Part shown: one piece after another, positions 1 to 9,972 of the stretch | Position numbering within the stretch: the stretch's first letter is position 1 | How the letters are laid out: each line of letters begins with the position of its first letter | Assembly (NCBI GenBank): GCA_963666735.1 | Contig: OY762926.1 | Span: 64,001 to 128,000 of the forward strand | Reading direction: 5' to 3' | Length of the DNA: 64,000 nucleotides | DNA from: Gemmatimonadota bacterium | GTDB lineage: Bacteria > Gemmatimonadota > Gemmatimonadetes > Palauibacterales > Palauibacteraceae | The notes under the pieces: model-generated | The model's database searches: none | What the model was told of the DNA's origin: nothing | What the model saw: only the letters and a program-made list of their open reading frames with translations | Translations under genes and position numbers: made by a program

Positions 1-1
1 C

Positions 2-3000
2 TGAAGTATGGTGGAACACCTGCCCGGAGGCGCTGTACCTGAAGCGACCCAGTGCGGAGACTGCGAGACTCTGCCACGGTTCGCCGCCCGTGGAGATTTG
101 AGGGGGCTGCGTCGGAACGTGAGAGAAGCGACTCAGGTCGTTGTTGAGCGAGTCGCGGATGTCCACCGCGAAGCCGGCGGGTTCGATGTAACTGTGCACC
201 TCGAGGGGCGATTCACGTCCCGCGCAGTAGCTGGATTCGCACAGCTCTGGTCGTCGTATCCCGGTGCCCACCGCTCCGCAATACCTGCAGCGCCACGAGT
301 GCCGGAGTGCCTGTATCTCTCTCGCAGCCTCGTCGGTCGGAGGGATCTTCCAGTTCAGGGTGAGGCCGGAGGACGTGAGGGCGCGCCCATCGAGGATCAC
401 ATTCGCACCCGGGCCATACTCGTACAGCGCGGCCGACAGGTGCCGCGTCGGATATTGGCGTACGCGAGAGAAGTTGTCCTCCCGGCCGCTCCGAGTGTCA
501 GTACGTCCTCGTCGCCTCCACTTCAAGTCATCCTTCGTGGTGGTGACAAGTGGAACGACCTGGGTCGGGAATCCATAGCCAGGCAGGAAGTTCCGGACGG
601 CGAGTTCCCGCAACAAGTACTCCCCGCGTAGGCGGCGCAACTGAAGTTCGATCGCTCGGCGAGCTGCGTCAGTGGACGGATGTTCAGCGAAGCCTTCCAA
701 CTCGCGAAGCAGCGGTTCGATCTCCGCCGCCCACGCCTTCGCGGCGGCCGCGATGCGATCATCGACCATCGACAACAACCGGTCGATCTCGGTTCCGCCC
801 AGGGTGGAGCCGCGCAACAGCCGCTGTAGGCCCGTCTCGATCCATCGATCAGTACGGGCGTCATTCTTCAGCCACCTGCGAAACTGGTCGCACACCGACG
901 ACGCTTGGTCGCGCTGCTCGAAGAACCAACCGGCGGACAATCGGTGAAGCTCCTGTTCATGCAACCGGCTCGCGAAGAAACGCGTGAGCGTGAGGGCGTT
1001 GACGTGCCGGCGTACGATTCGCTCGCTGTGGAGACCCACACGGGTCACGTGCAGCGGGGTCTTGAACGGCCACAACGGATTTCGAAAGACGTGCTCACCG
1101 TGCGCGGACGTGTTGCAGAGGGTGAGACTGATGGCTCGCGACTCGCCACGGCGACCCGCTCGGCCCGCCCTCTGCAAATAGTTGGCCGGACTCGGGGGTG
1201 CGTTGTTCATCGCGACGGCCGACAGTCCTCCGATGTCGACTCCCATCTCCATCGTTGTGGAGCAACTGAGCACGTTGACCCGTCCGCGCCGGAACCGGTC
1301 CTCCAGGTCTCGGAGACGTGCCGCGCTTAGCTGGGCGGAGTGTTCCGCGACCTGAAAATAGTCGACATGCTCGAAGATGCGGCGACTCCAGCCGCGCCAA
1401 ACACCGAGCCGTTCGAGCTCCGCGATCTCGGGATCGCCGCGTATCTCCTCGTCGATCTCCTCTCGGCTATAGGAGCCACCCATGGGTTTGCGCCAGAACG
1501 GTGCCTTGAGCAGGGGCATCCGAAGGCGTGTCGCCGTGAGTTCCTCGGAACGGAGGCCAGGCACCACGTATGGTGTTAGCCCCCCCACGGTGGTATCCAG
1601 GACGCGACGGGTGATTGGACAGAGCCACGCCTCCTGCACCTCACGCAGAACCACGCCCGCCCCGAAGTTCAGTCGATGTCCCCGTGCGCCGCTCACCAGG
1701 ACCGTCCTAACTTGACGCCACGCCAGCCGCAGACACGCGTCGATATCGGCTCGCGCCTCGGTACTCTCCAACGGGTCAACTTCCAGCAGCAACCCAAGAA
1801 GCTGGACGAACCGAGACCGGAGGGTGGCGCCCGCGGCAAGGGGCCACCGCACCGCGCCCTCGAAACGCTCCGCGTCCGGCCCAATCAGCACCGTGGGCCT
1901 GTGCGGAACCCCAAGCCAGGGGATGAACTCGCCCCTCACCTCGATGCTGCGCCGCCCCCGCGCCAAGTGGTCGAGCATCAGCTTCAGGAAATTCCGCCAC
2001 TCCGTCGGATCCAAGCCGCGACGTCGCCAGGGATTGGGCGGCTCCAGGCGGTCCCGCAGAGCACGGTATTCCACCGAGACGAAACCGAGGGTCTCGAGTG
2101 ACGTCTGACGCTTTGGGCGTCGAGCGAACTCTCGTAAGAGGGCGATCTCGGCAAGCTCGGCCGGTTCCAGATCTGCGAGCGGTAGATGCCGCCAATGGTC
2201 CGGCAACCACTTGGATATCTCCGTCTCCTGCGACAGCTTCGCGACAGCATCGTTCCAGGCTCGGCAGCCCAACTTCGGTACCGCGAGGTCGGCTCGTTCG
2301 GCCTTCTTGTCACCGATGATCTGCTGTATTGAAGGATTCTCTGATCTGAGCTTCTCGAGCGCCTCGATTTCAGCATTCAGTTGAATGGTGCGCGCTGGGT
2401 CTGGAGCATGGTCGGTCCGTGCGGCCGCGGTCAGGTGGTAGATGGCCCCGCGCGTGTAGTTCCGTTCGGAGTCGACCTGCGCTGCGAGCGCGAACCGGGC
2501 CGTGCCTTGGCGGCTGTCCGTGAACGTGAGGAGCCGGCGTCCACCAAACGGGAGCGACCCGGGCTCCCGATCCGTCAGTTCAGGTGTGTAGTCGAGCATG
2601 ATGGGCGTCGTATTGCGGAGGATAAGCTGCGCACCCCCACGCAGCGGTCGCAGCAGCCAGTCGGCTCGGCGGCTCGTACGGCACTCGGGACAGCGAGGGT
2701 GTCCCGACGACCCCGGGAGCACTTCTCCAAACTCGAGTGCGGCGCCGGTGTCCGGAGCCACCCAGCGACCACTTCTCCGGTCGAGATGGACAAGTGGCAC
2801 GTCGGGCGTGGTAGGGTGGGCCAGATACCGGTCGAGTCCGTCTCCGCCTGCATCGCGCTCATCGTCGTCACCTTCGTCGCCGTCATGGTCGGCAAGCTCC
2901 GGCACCTCATCGGTTTCCTCAACGCTGCCCACGTCGCGCGCAACGAGCGTCCGATCCTCGAGGACCATGCGGCCCGCGAGATACTCCTTCCCGCATTCCG

Positions 3001-4501
3001 CGCACAGGACCAACGCGAGGACGAGGGAATCGCATTCATTGCATCGCGCCCGCCGCTCGAAGAACAACTTGCCGAAGGCCCACTCGAAATCGGCGAGCGG
3101 CGTCCCGTTCCGCCCGGGGCAGTGTTTCGAGACGCACGCCCACACGCCCCCCTGCGTACGGTGAAAGAAGTGGCCCCTGACGCGCAGGAACCACTCGCCA
3201 TCAACCTTGGCGCTCGTCGCGATGTCGATGAGTTGGAGAGTCTCTCGGCGTTCCGCCACAGCCGACAATGCCGGCGCCGTCCGGTCCGGGGCATCGCGCC
3301 GGATCTTGGTCAACTGGGTTAGGCTGAGGATGCCGTCGGATGCAAGCAGTTCGCGCCGGAGTCGCTGTCCCACTGCCGACGAGGCCAGTCTAGCTCCACG
3401 CTCTGTCGGCTCCATGCGGCGGAGTTCGTCCATGGCAGGAAGCGGCTCGTCGGGATCGTCGGGGGTTGTCGCGGCGACATCGGGAGAACTGCGTGAACCG
3501 CGAACGACGTGAACCGAGTCGCGGTCGATCCCTCCCAAGTCCGCGAGGAAGTCCCTCAGCCGCCCCTCGCTCTCCTCGCTCTTGTCGCCGATCGTCGCCG
3601 AGGTGGCGATAAACCGGACTTGCGACGGGTCGACATCGAACGCGTGCAGGACACGTCGCAGGAGCAGAGCAATCTCGGCGGAGCGGGAGCCCTGATATGT
3701 GTGGGCCTCGTCGAGGACGATCCAGCGCAACAGACCTTTGGACTGGTCGATAATCGGTTTGTCCTCGAGACGCACCAGCATGTACTCCAGCATGGTGGCG
3801 TTGGTGACTAGGATAGGAGGCGGATCCTTGCGCAGGGTTGCGCGGTCCTCGACCAGTTCCGGGGCGAGCCGTTTGGCCTCGGCCGCCGACAGCTCGTTTG
3901 GCGTGTCACCTTTGTACAGGCAGTAGCGAATGTCGCCCTTGAAGGGGCGCGACCACGCGCTCAGCCGATCGCGCTGGCTGTTGATGAGCGCGTTGAGCGG
4001 ATAGAGAAACAGCGCCCGCACTCCACGAAGCCGCTCCTGTTCGGCGCGGCGGACGAGGTCGTCCAGGATAGGGACCAGAAAACCTTCAGTTTTCCCCGAC
4101 CCCGTCCCGCTCGTGATGAGCACGGATCTCGGGTCTTCACGCTTGAGGTGCTCCCACGCCTCGTATTGGTGAGTGAACGGTTGGCGGCTGCGTGGGAAAA
4201 CGTATTCCCTGAGGCGGTCGTCGTCGGCCTCGGTGTCCATCGCCGTCACCAGCGCCTCGGCGAGGAAGTCCATCTCGGCGAGGTCTGACATGGTGATGTC
4301 CGCCGTTTCCCAATCGAAAATCGCCTCGAACACCGGGTCCGCAAGGAAGCTGTGGCGGTGCCCGGCGGGCTGCTGGAGGATTTGCGACAGGTACGTGCGC
4401 AGGGGATCGGTGCGGGGTCCGTAGATCCCCAGGAGCGAGCTCGCCGACCGTTCTACGAGGTCACGCGCAAGCGGTTCAAAGAAACGAGTCGAAGTGTCCA
4501 T
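2..4501 (-). CDS. druE: Large SF2 DEAD/DEAH helicase, Druantia DruE-like (3' end outside window)
   Basis: Absent from the ORF track, apparently because no stop occurs inside the window. Segments translated manually from ATG 4501: MDTSTRFFEPLARDL..., Q-motif PFTHQYEAW, Walker A SGTGSGKTE, LYPLNALINSQ, TNATMLEYMLVR, IVLDEAHTY, TSAT, CPEC, LLTFTDSRQGTARF, AEHSAQL, STTMEMGVDIG, YLQRAGRSGRR. Starts 8 nt after the DruH-like stop. Confidence 0.85.
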   Translation of the reverse strand, partial: MDTSTRFFEPLARDLVERSASSLLGIYGPRTDPLRTYLSQILQQPAGHRHSFLADPVFEAIFDWETADITMSDLAEMDFLAEALVTAMDTEADDDRLREYVFPRSRQPFTHQYEAWEHLKREDPRSVLITSGTGSGKTEGFLVPILDDLVRRAEQERLRGVRALFLYPLNALINSQRDRLSAWSRPFKGDIRYCLYKGDTPNELSAAEAKRLAPELVEDRATLRKDPPPILVTNATMLEYMLVRLEDKPIIDQSKGLLRWIVLDEAHTYQGSRSAEIALLLRRVLHAFDVDPSQVRFIATSATIGDKSEESEGRLRDFLADLGGIDRDSVHVVRGSRSSPDVAATTPDDPDEPLPAMDELRRMEPTERGARLASSAVGQRLRRELLASDGILSLTQLTKIRRDAPDRTAPALSAVAERRETLQLIDIATSAKVDGEWFLRVRGHFFHRTQGGVWACVSKHCPGRNGTPLADFEWAFGKLFFERRARCNECDSLVLALVLCAECGKEYLAGRMVLEDRTLVARDVGSVEETDEVPELADHDGDEGDDDERDAGGDGLDRYLAHPTTPDVPLVHLDRRSGRWVAPDTGAALEFGEVLPGSSGHPRCPECRTSRRADWLLRPLRGGAQLILRNTTPIMLDYTPELTDREPGSLPFGGRRLLTFTDSRQGTARFALAAQVDSERNYTRGAIYHLTAAARTDHAPDPARTIQLNAEIEALEKLRSENPSIQQIIGDKKAERADLAVPKLGCRAWNDAVAKLSQETEISKWLPDHWRHLPLADLEPAELAEIALLREFARRPKRQTSLETLGFVSVEYRALRDRLEPPNPWRRRGLDPTEWRNFLKLMLDHLARGRRSIEVRGEFIPWLGVPHRPTVLIGPDAERFEGAVRWPLAAGATLRSRFVQLLGLLLEVDPLESTEARADIDACLRLAWRQVRTVLVSGARGHRLNFGAGVVLREVQEAWLCPITRRVLDTTVGGLTPYVVPGLRSEELTATRLRMPLLKAPFWRKPMGGSYSREEIDEEIRGDPEIAELERLGVWRGWSRRIFEHVDYFQVAEHSAQLSAARLRDLEDRFRRGRVNVLSCSTTMEMGVDIGGLSAVAMNNAPPSPANYLQRAGRAGRRGESRAISLTLCNTSAHGEHVFRNPLWPFKTPLHVTRVGLHSERIVRRHVNALTLTRFFASRLHEQELHRLSAGWFFEQRDQASSVCDQFRRWLKNDARTDRWIETGLQRLLRGSTLGGTEIDRLLSMVDDRIAAAAKAWAAEIEPLLRELEGFAEHPSTDAARRAIELQLRRLRGEYLLRELAVRNFLPGYGFPTQVVPLVTTTKDDLKWRRRGRTDTRSGREDNFSRVRQYPTRHLSAALYEYGPGANVILDGRALTSSGLTLNWKIPPTDEAAREIQALRHSWRCRYCGAVGTGIRRPELCESSYCAGRESPLEVHSYIEPAGFAVDIRDSLNNDLSRFSHVPTQPPQISTGGEPWQSLAVSALGRFRYSASGQVFHHTS

Positions 4502-4508
4502 ACGCAGA

Positions 4509-7500
4509 CTATTCTTCAAGGTGTCCTTGGATTCTATCGGCCTCTCGCAGGCCGAAGGCGATACGTTCGGCGAGTTCCAACGTGCGGTCGAACCAACCCG
4601 CGTGGCCCGAGCGCGCTCCCCGGATCCGTCGTGCCAGGTCCTGTTCGACTGCGTCCTCCGCCACAACGAGAACGGCTGTCAGCGCAGGCGCGTACACGAA
4701 ACTCGCGTGCCTCGAGGCCATCATCGCAGTGTCGTCGGTCGTGCGGAACAGCCGGGCGGACCAGAGGTGAGCCGTCTGCGTACGCTCGATCTCCTCTTGC
4801 ACGCCCGGCAGATCCGGAGGACCGGCCTGCTCCGAATAGAACGATGGGCAGCCACGGAGTTGTTCAACGTAGTCCCCGAATAGCGCATCCAGTATTGCGG
4901 GGTTCACAATGCGCCGCGAGTCCGGAGGGATCAGGCGGCCCGTCGTGCGGCCGTTCAGGAAGCCGAAAGCTGGAGCCAGCCCGCCCAGCTTGACCTTAAC
5001 GCGATCGAGGCTGCGGTCCATCTCACCGTCGAGGATGTCACACGCCAGATCAGTATCGTCGACTTCCTCCAATTCGTTCTGCCAGTGTTCGGCATAGACG
5101 CAGAATGCTCGCTCCCACCCCTGCACCGGCAGTTGCCACCACGCGAACGGGAAGGTTTCCATCCGCTCCCAGAGGAGCGAGAAATCGGCCGCTCCAGCGT
5201 GGGCGGCGGCCATCGCACAGGCATTGGAGTCGCGAGCCAGCGCCCGGAGCAACGGGAACACCATGAGCGGGAAGGACTCCAATCCGAGATACCGGAAAAC
5301 CAACGGCCAGTCCTCGTGCCCCGGATCGGTGGCCAGGGCGCGGACTACGGAGCGGAACGGTTGGTCCCCGAATGCCTGATCCTTCGCGAATGCAGCAGCG
5401 TAGGCTTGGGCTACGGTGATCGGGTCCTTCGACGGGGTGCCGGCGACCGTCTCATTTGGCAGCGGGATATTCAGAGGCAGCGGGCTGACCCGCTGTTGAT
5501 CGCCCTGGCGGCCGCAAATCAAGTAGGGACCGGGCCTAAGATCCGGCGGTAATCTCCACGTATGCTCAGACGAGGGCTGTAAACGGATAGGGTCTTGGTC
5601 GGGTTCAAGGAGGGCGAGCACCTCCACCGCCAGCGAAGTCAGGTCTTCGCTGGAGGCCTGCTCTTGGCTCCTCGCGTCGAGCATCACAAAGCGGTTTGGA
5701 TCCGTCTCCTGCGTTCGAAACGCGAGATCGAAACGGGTAACAAGGACATCGGCGTCGGGAAGCGTGGCGCCCGACCCTCGATTTGCGATGCGTAGTCTGA
5801 CCGAGGAATCCAAGTAGTCTGCAAATTCCAGCCGTTCCGCGATGTCCTCGCCCACCTGCCCCAAGTCGAGCGCATGATGTCCGTAGCTCACCCGCGGAAT
5901 CTCGCGAGTGAAGACATCGGGACGTGAGGTGGAGTCGTCTCGACCGCCGACAGAGCCCCGGCCCTCGCCCCACAGAACGAATTCCGCGCGACCAGGGGCG
6001 ATGACCTCCGCCCGGACCCCCGCCAGAGATCCCTCCGTAACGCGAGCGCCATCCGGCAATCGGCCGCCATCGGCCGAAAGGAACGCAGCGCGTCGGGCCG
6101 GGAATGGCAGGGTCGGCATCATTCTGCCACCCTCGGACCAGTCTACCACAAGCCGGACGTCTCGCGGCGGTTCTCCAGAGGCTCGCAGCTGAAGACCGAA
6201 GCCGTCCCGGTCGGGCGATGCCACCGCGTGAAGCCCGGGAGTCTCCGGAACTGCGGCCACAACGTCACCGAACCGTATAAACCGGATGTCGCCACATGCG
6301 GGGTCCGACGAGGGTCGAATCTCGATGTCGGCCCCGGGCGGCAGCACGCAAATCGATATCGAATGGTGCACGATGCCGTTCGTGATGTACCTCAGCCGAC
6401 CTTCGCCAACGATCGCCCCCGAGGCCACTGCCGCGCAGGAGTAGGCGACCCAGCGTCCGTCAGGTGCGCTCGATCTCCATTCGAGGTGCCGCTCCGGCAC
6501 CCGCTCCACGAATTCTCCTTCTCTGCGTTTGTAAACTGCAGGCCCTCCGAGGAAGACGATCACCGCGTCGCCGAACCGTTTCGTGGTGCCCGTCAAGAGA
6601 TACTCGAAGTCATCTGTGTCGACGGAAGCGCCGGTCTCCACGATCACGCGCGAATCGTCCGCCTCCGTGATGGTTGCCTTCCCGCGTACTCGGTAGACGC
6701 GGCGTGAACCCACGTTTCGGACGGAGCCGACCGGCTCCACCGACCCTTCGTCGCTCGTGATCGACGCTCCTGCCTCAACTGCGAGGAGGGCCCAGGGTGC
6801 GCGAACTCTCACCGTCCCTTGGCCGACCAGGCGGCAGGTTGAACGCGGTGGGTCCGTCGGTTCCATGGGTTCAAATGCCCAAGCGAGCTGTCCCAATGCT
6901 GCCGCACCGGGGAAACGATCTGTGCAGTACTCTGGATCGTATGTGCGTGCGATGAGTTTGCGCGGACCCGTCAGGTCCTCGGTTTGGAGCGCGTGAGCAG
7001 CCGGAAGCGCCTCCACCCGATAAACGTCTTCGCCATCGAGCCCGGCCTCCGTCACAAGCGCCAAGGCGCGGAACGTCCGTCTCTCCGTCTGGACGCCCAG
7101 GTGCAGACGCGAAGGAACCTCGTCAGGTGATTCGAAGCCGAATAGAACCTGGAGGCCCTCGCGGCTGATGGTCGCTGGCATGTCGAACGATCCCCGCAAC
7201 TCCCAGTCGCCGTCGGCAACAGGCACAAGGCACAGGTTCCATCGAACGTGGCTGCGCGCGCGCCTGGCGACTTCAATGGCATCTTCGATCAAGCCGTCGA
7301 GAAGAACGGTTGCTACTTCATCGGTGACCCTGAGAGGAAGTTCGTTGCGCCAATCCGGCCGCTTACGGTCCAGCTCTGGGACGGGCGTATCGCCGTTAGA
7401 GAGTTCCGCCTGCAGCCGCCAGATTGTTTCGATCAGTTCACCCGCCAACTCGTAAGTGACGTCTCGGCGCCACGCCGCTGGAAGCAGCTTCCGCGGCCCC

Positions 7501-8030
7501 GAGGCCAGATCGCGCGGCGGAAGGTCCGTGGCGCCGAGGAGACGGAACTCCTCCAGCACCGCCTTCAGATAACGGCGTAGGTGTGCGTCTTCGCGCAGGA
7601 TGAGCTTCAAGGGAAGTCCACCCTCGCACATGATGGTCACCAAGAAACCCTTGGCCGGGCCGAATCGGTAGATCGTGCGGCGCCACCCGAGGAGCCCGCG
7701 GGTGACGACATCTTTGAGCACATGGTACTGGCCGCCTGAGGGAGCGAATTCGGGCGTTCCAAGCGCGGCAAGAAGCGGTTCCCATTTCCATGGCCCGCCA
7801 TCGTAGTTTCGATGCCACCACTCGGAAGCCCACAAGCAGAAGGCCCTCGCCGCATCCATCGAGATAGGACCCTGCCCGAACGCTTTCTGGCGGAGCTCCC
7901 AATCGAGCACGCGTCCCAGGTCGGCTAACTCTCCGGCGCGGATACGGTATCGGTACAGAGGTCGACCGTCTGCCCCGGAGAGGTCGCGCGCGGCAAAGAA
8001 GTCCTCGAGGAAGACCTTGGCTGTCTTCAT
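4509..8030 (-). CDS. druH: STY4851/ECs_5259-family protein, Druantia type III DruH-like (~1170 aa)
   Basis: N-terminal DGRPLYRYR...FCLWASEWW.RNYDGGPWKW...EGGLP signature. Size and position directly upstream of the DruE-like helicase fit. Start placed at ATG 8030, just after the upstream stop. Confidence 0.8.
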   Translation of the reverse strand: MKTAKVFLEDFFAARDLSGADGRPLYRYRIRAGELADLGRVLDWELRQKAFGQGPISMDAARAFCLWASEWWHRNYDGGPWKWEPLLAALGTPEFAPSGGQYHVLKDVVTRGLLGWRRTIYRFGPAKGFLVTIMCEGGLPLKLILREDAHLRRYLKAVLEEFRLLGATDLPPRDLASGPRKLLPAAWRRDVTYELAGELIETIWRLQAELSNGDTPVPELDRKRPDWRNELPLRVTDEVATVLLDGLIEDAIEVARRARSHVRWNLCLVPVADGDWELRGSFDMPATISREGLQVLFGFESPDEVPSRLHLGVQTERRTFRALALVTEAGLDGEDVYRVEALPAAHALQTEDLTGPRKLIARTYDPEYCTDRFPGAAALGQLAWAFEPMEPTDPPRSTCRLVGQGTVRVRAPWALLAVEAGASITSDEGSVEPVGSVRNVGSRRVYRVRGKATITEADDSRVIVETGASVDTDDFEYLLTGTTKRFGDAVIVFLGGPAVYKRREGEFVERVPERHLEWRSSAPDGRWVAYSCAAVASGAIVGEGRLRYITNGIVHHSISICVLPPGADIEIRPSSDPACGDIRFIRFGDVVAAVPETPGLHAVASPDRDGFGLQLRASGEPPRDVRLVVDWSEGGRMMPTLPFPARRAAFLSADGGRLPDGARVTEGSLAGVRAEVIAPGRAEFVLWGEGRGSVGGRDDSTSRPDVFTREIPRVSYGHHALDLGQVGEDIAERLEFADYLDSSVRLRIANRGSGATLPDADVLVTRFDLAFRTQETDPNRFVMLDARSQEQASSEDLTSLAVEVLALLEPDQDPIRLQPSSEHTWRLPPDLRPGPYLICGRQGDQQRVSPLPLNIPLPNETVAGTPSKDPITVAQAYAAAFAKDQAFGDQPFRSVVRALATDPGHEDWPLVFRYLGLESFPLMVFPLLRALARDSNACAMAAAHAGAADFSLLWERMETFPFAWWQLPVQGWERAFCVYAEHWQNELEEVDDTDLACDILDGEMDRSLDRVKVKLGGLAPAFGFLNGRTTGRLIPPDSRRIVNPAILDALFGDYVEQLRGCPSFYSEQAGPPDLPGVQEEIERTQTAHLWSARLFRTTDDTAMMASRHASFVYAPALTAVLVVAEDAVEQDLARRIRGARSGHAGWFDRTLELAERIAFGLREADRIQGHLEE

Positions 8031-8031
8031 C

Positions 8032-8460
8032 TTAGTCCAATACGGCTGCGGACAGCTTGCCTTGAGCGCGAAGAAACGCCATGCAAAACTGTGCCAGCTC
8101 ATCAACGGTCAAGTAACTCTTGCACATGTTCGTCCGCTGGCCGCAGATGGCGAAATCCGCTTTGCCGGTCGAGGGATCGATATGGTCGACTGTTGGTCGC
8201 AGAGCGAACCTGCGCGGGTCTCTTGGGTCGTAGATAACGACCAAGAGCGACCAGTCCAGCTCCTCACCTGTATGAGAGTCGTATCCGCCCGACTCCAGTA
8301 CTGCATCGTGGATATCGCTGATGTAGCCGGACACGCTCGTGTCGGGGAATCGCTTCCGATCCTCTACGACGTGTGATTTGGCTCGGCGCTCGAGCCATCC
8401 GTTGTAGTCATCATGGGATACCACGCCTTCCAGGAACGTCGGCAGCACCTGCCTGGCCAT
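8032..8460 (-). CDS. Small HNH-type endonuclease
   Basis: PTVDHIDP...FAICGQRTNMCKS beta-beta-alpha-metal-like motif, preceded by YDSHTGEEL. Stop lies 1 nt from the druH start. Confidence 0.65.
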   Translation of the reverse strand: MARQVLPTFLEGVVSHDDYNGWLERRAKSHVVEDRKRFPDTSVSGYISDIHDAVLESGGYDSHTGEELDWSLLVVIYDPRDPRRFALRPTVDHIDPSTGKADFAICGQRTNMCKSYLTVDELAQFCMAFLRAQGKLSAAVLD

Positions 8461-8634
8461 TTTCGTTCTCCTTACGGCGGCTCTTGGTGACCGCACTCGT
8501 CGACTCCTGCAAGGGCTCGTTCACCGGGAGCAGCGAGTAGTCTGGGGAAGACCTTCGCTCAAGAACGTTGAAGGCGCCGACGCTAAAGGCAACATCCGCA
8601 TCGATCTCCCCGTTCGTCGCGTCGTCACGACATG

Positions 8635-9972
8635 TTAAACGCCGATGTCCCGGCCGGTCTCCGTCACGCGCTCCCAGAACCTGAGGTGCGCCTGGTGGCC
8701 GCGGCCCGTCACGTCCGGGCGCCCGACCGGCTGGTCGGCCACCGGGATGTGGTTCTCCAGCGTGGCCCGGATGTGGTCCCGGCTCACCACGATCAGTCCG
8801 GACCGGTGGCGAGAGATCATCACGCACAGGCGGCCCGTCTCGAGGTCGAACGATGAGGGGGCCGTGACGCCGGACAGGGGGTGGACGACGATCATGAGTT
8901 TGCGCTCCAGGCCCTGCCACCGCTCGGGCGTGTCGGCGACCACGTCGGCCCGCAGCGCGGAGGGGAGCGCCTGCTGGATGGCGGTGTTCATCACGCGGTG
9001 CGTCGCGGCGAGTCCGATGTCGCGGGGACGAAGCGGCCCTTCCTCGCCGTCGTCGCCGTCCACCACACAGGCGCCTCGCTCAAGCACGCGCGCGGCCGTC
9101 TCGGCGGCCAGGACCGCGATCTCCTCGTCAAGCTCCAGCGGGGGCCCCTCGGCCGGCGTCGGCATCGTGAGGGCCACCACGGATCCGGAGCCGAAGAGGT
9201 CGAGGGCGGGGTCCACACGCGATTGCCGGCCCTCGGCGGGCGGAACCCGGACGTAGCGGTCGCCCGGGCTCGCCCACGCTGCGAACTCGAAATCATAGAA
9301 CGGACGGACGAGTTCGACGGAGTCGTGGGGGAGCCGCCGGCACGCGGGCAACTCGAGTTGGAGCCGCGGAGGGTGGGGGTGGGCGAGGATGACCTCCGGC
9401 GCCGGATGATGCGGCGCGCGGGACGATGTCTCCCACCGCTGCGCCGGGATCGGAACGACGGGCGGAATCTGTCCCGGGTCTCCGATGAGGACGAAGCGCG
9501 GCGCGACCTTCGAGCAGAGCATTAAGTCCGCCCACGCCATCTGCCACGCTTCGTCGACGAACAGAACGTCATACGCGTGCTCGAGTTCCGTCAGCGTCCA
9601 CTTGGCGACCGTCGCGACGACGATGCATGGTCCCCGCGGGAGGGCGCGCTTGTGGTTCGCCCAGGACACGGTGTCGCCGAGATCCACCGCGCTTCGGCCG
9701 GCGGCGGCGAACCGGGTGACGCCGAGGTGGGGATACTGGGCGTTCAGTCTGCGGCAGATATCGTCGGCCTGGCTGTTGGTCTGCGCCCCCACGGCGACGC
9801 GCAGCCGTTTCCCGCGCGCGTGCGCCACGCCGCGAAGGAGGAGGAACGTCTTCCCGGATCCGGGGGGCGCCCTGACCACGACGAGCCCCGTGTCCGCATC
9901 GATGGCGCCGTTGAGACGCGTCTCGACGAGAGACGATTTCGCGGAGACCTGCGCCCTGTTCCGCGAATTCAC
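8635..9972 (-). CDS. SF1 helicase, DNA2/NAM7/Upf1-like
   Basis: Walker A APPGSGKT, AQTNSQADD, Walker B VDEAWQ, IGDPGQIPP, CRRL, DTPERWQGLE, RLCVMISRHR. Confidence 0.85.
   Translation of the reverse strand: MNSRNRAQVSAKSSLVETRLNGAIDADTGLVVVRAPPGSGKTFLLLRGVAHARGKRLRVAVGAQTNSQADDICRRLNAQYPHLGVTRFAAAGRSAVDLGDTVSWANHKRALPRGPCIVVATVAKWTLTELEHAYDVLFVDEAWQMAWADLMLCSKVAPRFVLIGDPGQIPPVVPIPAQRWETSSRAPHHPAPEVILAHPHPPRLQLELPACRRLPHDSVELVRPFYDFEFAAWASPGDRYVRVPPAEGRQSRVDPALDLFGSGSVVALTMPTPAEGPPLELDEEIAVLAAETAARVLERGACVVDGDDGEEGPLRPRDIGLAATHRVMNTAIQQALPSALRADVVADTPERWQGLERKLMIVVHPLSGVTAPSSFDLETGRLCVMISRHRSGLIVVSRDHIRATLENHIPVADQPVGRPDVTGRGHQAHLRFWERVTETGRDIGV

Noticed and set aside
8..4993. Many plus-strand ORFs in the track over the first 5 kb
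   Set aside because: Antisense shadows of the motif-rich minus-strand helicase and druH.
8461..8634. Spacer reading GEIDADVAFSVGAFN, vaguely like a helicase motif V
   Set aside because: Too short and degenerate to support.
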